From: Octopus bimaculoides
Lineage: Eukaryota
Reading direction: 5' to 3'
Length of the DNA stretch: 64,000 nt
Assembly (NCBI RefSeq): GCF_001194135.2
Contig: NC_068986.1
Span: 40,536,586 to 40,600,585 of the forward strand
Within the stretch, counting starts at the first letter, position 1. Every line of letters begins with the position of its first letter. Both the position numbers and the translations under genes were made by a program. The notes under the pieces were generated by a model. The model had not been told where the DNA came from. It ran no database searches and was given only the letters and a program-made list of their open reading frames with translations. This document shows positions 1 to 64,000 of this stretch, piece after piece.

Positions 1-325
1 TATATATGTATATATATATGTATATGTATGTATATATATGTATATATATGTATGTATAGATATATATATGTATGTATAGATATATATATGTATGTATACA
101 TGTATATGTATGTATAGATATATATATGTATGTATAGATATATATATGTATGTATACATGTATATATATGTATGTATACATATGTATACATGTATATATA
201 TATATGTATGTATGTATACATGTATATATATGTATGTATACATGTATATATATATATGTATGTATATATATATGTATACATGTATATATATATATATATA
301 TGTATACATGTATATATATATGTAT
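1..325. repeat. TA/TG-rich low-complexity tandem repeat
   Basis: Repeating tatatatatgtatgtata(g/c)a units. Confidence 0.95.
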
Positions 326-349
326 GTACAAACTATCTGAATTGACAGT

Positions 350-1045
350 ACCTTGGTAGATAAAGCAATTAAGGGTATGAAGACAGGGAAAGCCCNNNNN
401 NNNNNNNNNNNNNNNNNNNNNNNNNNNNNNNNNNNNNNNNNNNNNNNNNNNNNNNNNNNGGCTCATCAGGAATCACTGCAGAGATGCTCCAAATATCTGG
501 CAGTGTCGGTTATAGCCTAGTCAACTGCTACAAAGGTAAAGGTGATACTTTAGATACAAATAATTACAGAGGTATCAAGTTGTTGAATCAGGTAATGAAG
601 GTCACGGAGAGGGTCATAGCCCAACTAATTAGGGAGAGAGTCAGTCTATATGGGATGCAGTTTGGATTCATGCCAGAAGAAAGCACCAGCTGCAGGAGAA
701 ATACCTAGCTAAAGATAAATCTCTGTACCTGGCTTTCGTTGACATGGAGAAAGCCTTTGACAGGGTCCCTCGATCCCTTGTCTTGTGGTTAATAAGGAAA
801 CTAGTGATAGATGAATGGTTAGTGAGAGCTGTGCAAGCCATGTACAGGGATGCTATCAGTAAGGTAAGGGTTGACAACGAGTACAGTGAAGAATTCCAGG
901 TAGGGGTAGGAGTCCACCAAGGATCAGTTCTCAGCCCCCTCTTATTCATCATAGTCCTCCAGGCAATAACAGAGGAATTCAAGACAGGGTGCCCCTGGGA
1001 GCTTCTCTATGCTTGTGACCTTGCTCTAATTGCTGAGTCACTATC
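350..1045 (+). mobile_element. Decayed RTE-clade LINE ORF2 fragment (reverse transcriptase domain)
   Basis: [10 protein letters not shown]..., NYRGIKLL, MQFGFMP, AFVDMEKAFDRVP, GVHQGSVLSPLLF and LLYA(C)DLALIAE. There is a frameshifting deletion near 690 and the catalytic YADD reads YACD at 1008-1019. Confidence 0.92.
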
Positions 1046-2599
1046 CATAAAGTTCCTTAATCCATGTTCTTTGTTTCTAGACATTCACAGTCTTTTATTT
1101 TAAAGAAATGAAATACATTTGACATCTGTGTTGCTTCTTTATACACTGGTTAAATTTTTGTAGACTTGTTATGGTCAAATTTATGTAGGCCTTCCCACTT
1201 AAATTTTGCATGTCTGTAGCTACATTTTCTGATGTGTGCGTGTTGCTTGTGTGTTTGATTTGGCATTGTGTTGCAATATTAATTTGGCTTCCATGATTAA
1301 TCTTTTATTTTTGTGAGAAATTTTATAGAGTATGCAAGTATTATTCTTTAGTATTTTCCATCTAATTTTGTTTCATTGTGTGTGGTATAGTTGTTAAACA
1401 TCTGAGCCTACTAGTTGCCTACAAGTGCAACATATATTTGTATATATCTTTAATCTTTTACTTGTTTCAGTCATTGAACTGTAATCATGCTGGGCACTAC
1501 TTTGAGGTTGAATAAATCACCTCAGTACTTATTTTTAAATGTGGTACATAGTCTGTCAGTTTTTTTTGTTTTTTTTTTGCCAAACTGGTAAGTTGTGGGG
1601 ATATAAACAAACCAACACCAGTTATCAAAACAGTAGTGGTAGGGCAAACACAGACACAAAGGTACACATGCATATAAATATGTTGTTGTGTATTTGTGTG
1701 TGTGTGTGTGTGTGTGTGTGTGATCATCAGCTTCATCATTTAACGTCCATTTTCCATGCTGGTATGAGTTAGACAATTTGACCAGAGCTGGTAAGCTGGA
1801 GAACTGCACCAAACTTCAGTTGCCTGTTTTGACTTGGTTCTTATGGCTTGATGCTCTTCCTAATGCCAACCACCTTACAGAATGTACTAGGTATCTTTTA
1901 CATATCACTGGTAAGATGCCTTTTACATGTCACTGGCACAAGTGCCTTTTATGTCACCAGCTTGCGCACAGTTTCTGTCTTTCAAATGCACTCAACTTGA
2001 TTCTTTAATAGAAGATTCACATGGTGTCACACAATAAGACTGAACCCAGAACCACGTCGTTGCAAAGTGAGCTTCTTAACCGCATAGTCAGGCTTGTGCC
2101 TATCTATGTAAGGTCCTGTCTTGTATTGCTGTCTCTTTTGCTCTTTTTTCAGTTCATAGATTACAAATATTTTCCTCACTTTGCACATTACTCATCTTGA
2201 CAACCAGTATTTACTTCTTGTTATTTGTCACTATTATCCATCAAATCACTGGTTTAGTGTAAGATTGCTATAGAACAATCCCATTCAGAGAGATTTTATT
2301 TTCTAATGATGTTAATTATACTGACCAAAAATTATTCATTACTTTTTTTTTTATTATACTTTAGGTAAAAATCTCTGTCAGTTGATCTAGCAAGCTTGAA
2401 TTGTTTATACTATATTGATGAGATCTAATAGGTTGAAACATGTCTTTAGTTGTCTCTTGCCTGCAAATGGAAATAAGGCTTTACTTCACTTGAGAGATTA
2501 ATTCTCAATTCCTTGAAATTACTTCACCCTATATTTGAGAGTTGTTAATAATTGCCACTAGATATTTCTCTTTTGTTTTCTTCTACTAAATACTCTCTC

Positions 2600-3009
2600 T
2601 TTACTCTTGTTTCAGTCATTTGACTGCAGCCATGCTGGAGCACTGCCTTTAGTTGAGCAAATCGATCCCAGGACTTATTCTTTGGAAGCCTAGTATTTAT
2701 TCTATCGGTCTCTTTTGCCGAACTGCTAAGTTACAGGGACGAAAACACACCACCATCGGTTGTCAAGCGATGTTGGGGGGACAAACACAGACACACAAAC
2801 ATGCACACACACATACATATACATATATATATATATACATATATACGACGGGCTTCTTTCAGTTTCCGTGTACCAAATCCACTCACAAGGCTTTGGCCGG
2901 CCCGAGGCTATAGTGGAAGACACTTGCCCAAGGTGCCACACGGTGGGAATGAACCCGGAACCATGTGGTTGATAAGCAAGCTACTTACCACACAGCCACT
3001 CCTGCGCCT
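2600..3009 (-). mobile_element. tRNA-derived SINE family A, near full length
   Basis: Minus strand: A box tggctgtgtggt, B box ggttcattccc, CORE-like ggcaccttgggcaagtg, internal (TA)/(TG)n and a gactgaaacaagagtaaa tail; more than 10 homologues in the window. Confidence 0.9.
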
Positions 3010-3479
3010 GAGAAATTTCAGTTAAGAACATGTTGTCTATCGCTTTCAGTAAATTATCCCTAAACATATTTATCAAGACTCATGTTATTGGCAGTCTCAA
3101 GTCCCCCCCCCCCCCGCTTTCTTATTTTATTTACCTTTGAATGTCTAAAAACATCTTGTCATGAAGAAGTGCCTAGTGCCAAGGATATATATGAGCTTGA
3201 TAAATAAAACATGGAAAAGCTGCTGGCATTGCTTCATATGTCTAACACGGCTGAACTATTTTAAGTGTCACAGCTGTCTATCACACTCAAGATGTTTGCT
3301 TTCATGCAACATTCTTCTTTCAGGCCTGATTTTAAGAGCTGATATTTCAAGATTCTTGTCAGTAGTAAAATTTTAGAGATAGTTTAGGGACTCATTCCTT
3401 TAGTTTGTACTACAGCCACTGGTAAACCATGAAGGGATAAGTAAAGAGGAATATATAAAAAAATTAAATACATATACAT

Positions 3480-3850
3480 GTAGGCATAGCTGTGTGATAA
3501 GAAGCTTGCTTCCCAACCACATGGTTCTAGGTTCAGTTCCACTGCATGGTACCTTGGGCAAGTGTCTTCTACTATAGCTTCGGACCGACCAAAGCCTTGT
3601 GAGTGGATTTGGTAGATGGAAATTGAAAGAAGCCTGTCATATGTGTGTGTGTGTGTGTATTTGTATCTGTTTGCCCCCCCCCCCTTATCGGTTGACAAGC
3701 GATATTGGTGTGTTTATATCCCGGTAACTTAGCAGTTCAGCAGAAGAGACCAATAGAATAAGTACCAGGCTTAGTACTGAGGCCGATTTGTTCGACTAAA
3801 GGCAGTGCTCCAGCATGGCTGCAATCAAAGACTGAAACAAATAAAAGAGA
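3480..3850 (+). mobile_element. SINE family A copy, inverted relative to 2600-3009
   Basis: Same head, core and tail on the + strand. Confidence 0.88.
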
Positions 3851-4359
3851 ACTTTCCTTTGAAACCATATGATTTCAGGTTCAGTCCACTGTGGGGTACC
3901 TTGGGCAAGTATTTTCTACTATAGCTCTAGGTTGACTAATACCTTGTGAGTGCATTTGATAGACAGAAATTGCATGGAAGCTCATTATTTGTGCATATAT
4001 CACATAACTGGTATCCATGCTGGTGGCACGTAAAAAGTACCTTTCAAGCATTGGGTCTCGTGTAGGCAATGATAAATGACCAAGACCTTTGGCAATATGC
4101 TATGCTTTAGCAGCAGACCCATCATGCTGAGTGAAATTGTAGTCATGGCAGATACTGGTGTCATGCAACTGGCACTTGTGCTGGTGGCACGTAAAAGCAT
4201 CCATTACACTCTCAGAGTGGTTGGCATTAAGAAGGGCATCCAGCTGTATAAACCATACCAAATCAGATTGGAGTCTGGTGCAGCTCTTCATCTTACCAGC
4301 CCTGATCAAACCATCCAACTCATGCCAATGTGGACAACAGACGTTAAATGATGTGATGA

Positions 4360-4414
<55 letters not shown>

Positions 4415-6118
4415 ACTTGTACTAGTTCCACCACCACTTAACCAGTATTAGTTTGTTTATGTCCTTGTGACCTTGCATTTTTGTAAAAGAGGCCACTAGA
4501 ATAAGTACCAGATATTTTTTAAAAAATATGTACAGTGATCAATTTGCTTGACTAGAACCCTTTAAGGTGATACCTTAGCATGGCTGCAGTCCAATGACTG
4601 AAACAGGTAAATGATATAAAAGCGAAATCAGATTCTGAGGAAACTGGCAGTGAACTGCATCAGTAAAAATTATGCAGTGAAGTTAGTGTGTTTTTAAGCA
4701 AGGTTTTATGTGGCTGTGGAAAGATATTGATGTTTTGGAATAAAGAATCAGTTCCAAAACATCAGTCGCCTCTTAAGTGATGCCATGTATAAACAACAGC
4801 TCCATGCTTAGATAAATCTCATCACACACACACACACACACACACATATGCACAAACACACAAGTTTCTGTATTGTTTCCATCTGCCAAATTCCATTCAC
4901 AAAATGTTGGTCAGCTTGAGGCCAGAGCAGAAGACATCTCTGCCCAAAGTACAGTAACCTTCATCCTGTCTTTGTCCTTACATGTTTTTGATTGATATAA
5001 GCCCTTGTGGCCAATAAAACGAATTAATATTATGGGATCAAACATAGTATTATGTGGGTGCAAAAAAGCCTCTTAACTACACAGTCCCCTCTCTCTCTCT
5101 AACTATCTATCTATCTCCTTCCCTCTCAGTCTCCCTCCCACTTTCTCCTTTCCTCCCTCTCTCTCCCCTCTCTCCATCTCCCTTCCTCTCTCTCTCTTCC
5201 CTTCTATCTGTGTGCATCCTCCTTTCTCTCTCAGGGTTTGTAATCTTGTAAGGTGTGCTGCATGATGACCTCACTTGTGCTGGTGGCACAGAAGCATGCA
5301 CCCAGCAGATGCTGTAAAATGGCTGGCATTAGGAAGAGCATCCAGTCGTAGAAACCATGCCAAGGCAGACACTAGAGCACCAATGCAAACCTTGGACCCA
5401 TCAGACCCTGTCAGACTGCCCAACTCTCTTGTGCCACCATGGAACATGGATATTAAATGCTACTACTGCTGATATATATGAAATATAAAACACAAAAACA
5501 AACTTCTCCATAGGACTATGACTAGTCACTATGATTGCTGCTGATTATGTTTGAAATAAATACAGACTCTTCTTCCTTCTCCCTTTTTCTTTAGTCAAAT
5601 GGAAGAAATATGTTGGTTTTGTACTGAAGAGACTTTTTGTCTCCTGTTCCCTAAAATGTCTTTGTTATAGGAGGCCCTAGGGTCTAATTAAGGATGTTCA
5701 ATCTTTGTCTTGTCATGTTTAATTAACCAAGAAAACAGAAAAAGAAACTCCCCCCCCCCNNNNNNNNNNCCCCCCCCATCATTTTTGCCTTGTGTGTGTG
5801 TGTGTTTGTCAGAGTGACAAGCTGGGCTGTCCAGTGCCAGTTGAATCAAAGATGATCTTAGTGCAAATACAGAGAACAAGTCAATGATGGATAATAAATC
5901 AGAGAGGAGAAGCAGGAAGTGTGTGTGTGTGTGTGTGTGAGTGAGAGAGAGAGAGAGAGAGAAAGTATTTAGTGTTTGTGAAGGGGAGTGTAGGTAATGG
6001 TTTGCAGCAAGAATGATAATGGTGGGTATGTAATTAGTGTATGTGTGTGTGCGTGCTCATGCATGTTTGCAAAGTCACTGTGTGTGTGTGTGTGTGTGCG
6101 CGCGTGCGTGCGTGTGTG

Positions 6119-6154
<36 letters not shown>

Positions 6155-7067
6155 ATACTGTCTCAGAATCCATTAACTTTTCTTAGAGTATGTAATGTGT
6201 TACAATGGGTTATCTAGTAAATGTTTTTCAAAATTTAATTCAATCAGAAAGGAGAGATTAGGGAAGAAACAAAAATGACTAATTATATCAACTATCTTCT
6301 ATGAGTGTATGTATAAGAGATAGATAGATAGGGAGAGAGAAGGCCAGAGACAAAAGGATGATGGGTGGTTAAAAGATGTATAAAGTGGTAAGAAAGTATG
6401 ATGTGTTGCTTTCATTCTTTTATCTTTCCGCGCCTGTGTGGCAGGTGAACTTTTCTGGAACTCTATTTCTCTAATATGTTCACACTGATGTTTCATTAGA
6501 AGATAAAATGTTTGACTGCCAGGGTTTTTTTTTGTTTTTTTTTATACTTCAGCCTTTTTCTTTTTCTCTCTGATTTTTCTCATCACTGTCTGTGCATGTG
6601 CACACAAGATAATGATTTTTAATAATATAAGTACAAAACCTTTTTATTTTTTGTGAAGAGTAATTTGTAAGATAATAAGCGTTTGTATTGGAAGACTTCT
6701 TGTCTGTATTACATGTTTTCTTTATTTTGTGAGTATGATTTGTATGTTTAAGATACTAAAAGATACAAATTAGCCCTTTGCCTGTTCTGTGTATTACATG
6801 TTATATACAGAACATATTTCCCTGGTGTCCATGCATTATGTATATGATGCACATTCCCAACGTTTTTCAGCTACCAGAATAAATTGGAAATTATGAAAGG
6901 AAAGCTTTATATTACTCTGAAGATATGAAACAAAGGTTAAGTTAAAGTCTGAAAACAAACATAGATGTTTGGGTTAAGAAAAAAAAGGGTGGCTAAAGAC
7001 CCCCTTCAGTCATAAATGACCATGAGATTGCACCTAGAAAGTTCCCTTCTGATGTACAGGTTTTACT

Positions 7068-7427
7068 AAGGTTGTGGATCTATTTCAAAACGGGGGCACC
7101 AGTATTTTCTTAACGAAACACTAACGAAACACTTTGAAACTTGGGACACTGGTAGAGTATGTCATATAAAACATCTTTTACTCTTAGTCTTCTTAACAAA
7201 AAAACGTACATCGCAAGTTATTCCATGTTAAAGTTGTCGTATTTCTGTAATTTCAACCAATCACTGACGTCTATTCAGCTGAATAGAGTTACTGCTGGGC
7301 GGTCATAAAAATGTTATTCCCTGTGACATATTTCATCCGGTTTAATCGTAATTTATACGCATATATTGTTTATATAATAAATTACGCTGTGCGTATCTAT
7401 GTGTGTAACAATTTTAGAGTTCGGATT
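7068..7427. mobile_element. Unclassified insertion (probably a DNA transposon) interrupting a family B SINE; far end lost in a gap
   Basis: The family B tail at 6996-7066 resumes at 7779 after unrelated CpG-containing sequence and an N-gap. Confidence 0.55.
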
Positions 7428-7997
7428 NNNNNNNNNNNNNNNNNNNNNNNNNNNNNNNNNNNNNNNNNNNNNNNNNNNNNNNNNNNNNNNNNNNNNNNNN
7501 NNNNNNNNNNNNNNNNNNNNNNNNNNNNNNNNNNNNNNNNNNNNNNNNNNNNNNNNNNNNNNNNNNNNNNNNNNNNNNNNNNNNNNNNNNNNNNNNNNNN
7601 NNNNNNNNNNNNNNNNNNNNNNNNNNNNNNNNNNNNNNNNNNNNNNNNNNNNNNNNNNNNNNNNNNNNNNNNNNNNNNNNNNNNNNNNNNNNNNNNNNNN
7701 NNNNNNNNNNNNNNNNNNNNNNNNNNNNNNNNNNNNNNNNNNNNNNNNNNNNNNNNNNNNNNNNNNNNNNNNNNNNNNCCTCCCCTCTCCACGCCACCAA
7801 TGTTATCCAAGGGAAAGGCAAAGACCGATGCAGCTTAGCGTCAATGACATCACAACTCATTTCTACAGCTGAGTGAACTGGAGCAACGTGAAATAAAATG
7901 TTTTGCTCAAGAACACAACACACAGCCTGGTCTGGGAACCAAACCCACTACCTCATAACTGTAAGCCTGACACTCTAACTATGTGTGCCTACACAAT

Positions 7998-8035
<38 letters not shown>

Positions 8036-8374
8036 TAAAGACCCCCTTCAATCATGAGTGACCATGAGATTGTACCTAGAAAGTTCCCCTCCAATGTTCA
8101 AAGTCCTAAAAAGGTTGTTTATGGAAGACCAGAATTCACTCATGCATACCAGCCTCCCCTCTCTGCACCACCAACGTTATCCAAAGGAAAAGCAAAGGCA
8201 GATACAGCTTGGCACCAGTGACATTGCGACTCATTTCTACAGCTGAGTGAACTGGAGCAACACGAAATAAAGTGTCCTGCTCAAGAACACAACACACAGC
8301 CCAGTCTGGGAATTGAACTCACTACCTCATGATTGTGAGCCCAATGCTGTAATTACTTAGCCATGCACCTTCAC
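8036..8374 (-). mobile_element. SINE family B copy
   Basis: Homologous to 15843-16174. Confidence 0.87.
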
Positions 8375-9046
8375 AAGGATGTTTGGGACAAACTTACCAA
8401 AATGCTTTAGATAGGCAAAGGGTGAAATATAACCTTCCAGGTCCNNNNNNNNNNGTCTGGGAATTGAACTCACTACCTCATGATTGTGAGCCCAATGCTG
8501 TAATCACTTAGCCATGCACCTTCACAAGGATGTTTGGGACAAACTTATCAAAATGCTTTAGATAGGCAAAGGGTGAAATATAACCTTCCAGGTCCTTCAT
8601 TTCTTATTTTATCATCAAAGATAATGATTGAGATAGCTTTATAGGCTCCGGACAGCCTAGTTTAGTCACTTTGAGATAATATGAGGTGGAAATCATTTGA
8701 CCTGACAGAAAAATTGAAATATCAAGTAAATCTTACTCAAATTACACCCTGTCATGAGGGCTTTGGTTAGCTCAGAAATATAGCAAAAGACATTTACCCA
8801 TCAAGAAGTATTTATTGAAAGTTAATTGTGGTTTAGAATTATTAATCCAACCTCTTTATGTCAAAAATACAGCTTATTGTCTATAAAAATCTATATTATT
8901 TTTCAGAATCTTCATCACATCATTTTAGGTTACTACAAATGGAAATTTTTTAATGCATTTGTCTTTGTTCATTTTTACTTTACACAGTCAAACATACATT
9001 CATACATACATAACTTATCCTCTCCTTTTTTTTTTGTAAATTTCAG

Positions 9047-62716
<53,670 letters not shown>

Positions 62717-64000
62717 GTAAACAATTAAATAATGCATCAAGTCAGAAACCATAGTTATTTCTGATTTTATCAATGTCCAGTGATCAGTGTCCAAAATCAC
62801 ATACAAATAGAATTGTCTAATTAAAAAGTTCATCACATAACCACATAGTTCCAGCTTCAATTTTACAGTACAGAATCTTGCATAGACTCAAGGTTAGCAA
62901 GGCCTTAGGGTAAAATTTGTTATGTAGAAATGAGAAATTGCACAGAAATCTTTGTGTGTATGCATATGTGTTTACCAGTGTTAATTGATGTAACTACTTC
63001 ATTGTACTTAAATGTAAAAAATTGTTATAAATTTGGATGAAATTTAACCATGTAAGAGAGTTCAGTGAAAGTACTCTGAAGGTGGAGCATGGCTATTGAT
63101 TGCTGTTGTTTGGATGTTGGCAATTTGTCATGGCTAGCTAGACATTGAACCTGTTTTGGTGGATGTACTTTTCAGCATTGAAGGAAAAAGGCTCAGATAC
63201 ACATGCATGCACATGCAGAAATATACATATATTGATGGAGATAGATAGATAGATAGATAGATAGATGGATAGATAGAGACATTGCAATTCATTAATTGAA
63301 CATGATCAATGTAAACACTTTCCCTCTCCTCATACACATAAAGAGAAATACGCTCATACACAAAATGTGAGAGAGGTGGGGGAGGAAAGAACAAGAGAAA
63401 TATTTAAACGTCTGATGTCAAATAAGTCATCATCAAATCAGCAGCACCAGAATGGCTGTACCAAAACATCACTTGCCCTTTGTAGGTGGTGTTTCAGCTT
63501 GGCTGCAATCCAATGACTGAAACCAGTAAAAGACTAACTTTCTGTTGAAATTTTCCATTTCCTATTCATTATTGTTACTTTCTCAGTTGTGCTGCTTATT
63601 ATTTTTTTTTAACATGGTTAGCATGCCAAGGAAAATGCTTAGCAGCATTTCATCTGTTTTTATTTCTAAGTTCAAATTCTGCCGATGTCGACTCTGCCTT
63701 TCATCCTTTCTGGATCGATAAAATAAACACCAGTACAATACTGGGGTCGATTTAATCAATTTATCCCAACCCCAAAATTGCTGGCCTTGTGCCAAAATTT
63801 TCAATCAATATTAACACATCTGTTAATGATATATGGACTGTTGCAGTAGGGCCGATAAGTATATCATACACACAAAACAGAAGGTTTTAAGTTTTATATT
63901 CATTTCTACTACAAACAAATATTGTGCTGTTCTTGTGGTGGAAATCTTAAGAGTGAAGGACAAAATACCTTGCAGTATTTCTTTTGGTTCTTTGAGGTCA

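Noticed and set aside
92-359. ORFs rich in Y/I/C/V/M/H/T, and poly-F/S/K/D/H ORFs (19781-20040, 59851-60177, 61272-61523)
   Set aside because: These are translations of microsatellites.
8304-8595. Apparent 141-bp tandem duplication (8304-8444 / 8455-8595)
   Set aside because: The copies abut a 10-N gap and differ at only two bases, which is typical of unmerged heterozygous contig ends; most likely an assembly artefact.
1046-9046. Search for the missing LA1 or signal-peptide exon
   Set aside because: No Cys-patterned, splice-bounded exon was found; it presumably lies upstream of the window or in a gap.

Overview
AT-rich, repeat-dense animal genomic DNA with about 12 N-gaps. The SINE, MITE and RTE-LINE repertoire looks like octopus (coleoid cephalopod); this is inferred from memory, not from a database search. 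The window lies inside one + strand multi-exon gene. Nine GT-AG exons, read by hand and mostly missed by the ORF track, splice into a continuous 1,083-nt frame: 9047-9163, 20978-21091, 23814-23927, 36527-36652, 42970-43089, 47917-48039, 55274-55390, 58803-58928 and 62591-62716. They encode seven LDL-receptor class A repeats, one EGF repeat and one calcium-binding EGF repeat. Module order and repeat-specific quirks match LA2-LA8 + EGF1-EGF2 of LRP4 (MEGF7) as I recall it. The 5' end (signal peptide, LA1) and the YWTD propellers lie outside the window. The introns hold several modular tRNA-derived SINE families, hAT/piggyBac/mariner MITEs, a deleted pogo-type transposon, decayed LINE fragments and microsatellites. 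Most notable: (1) head-to-tail stacks of one SINE family just upstream of three exons, one of them supplying an exon's splice acceptor; (2) an antisense tandem C2H2 zinc-finger fragment; (3) a 26-bp hairpin bracketed by direct repeats; (4) direct repeats flanking one in-frame-skippable exon; (5) module-swapped SINE chimeras. No prokaryote-type system (CRISPR, operon), rRNA or intact tRNA gene was seen.
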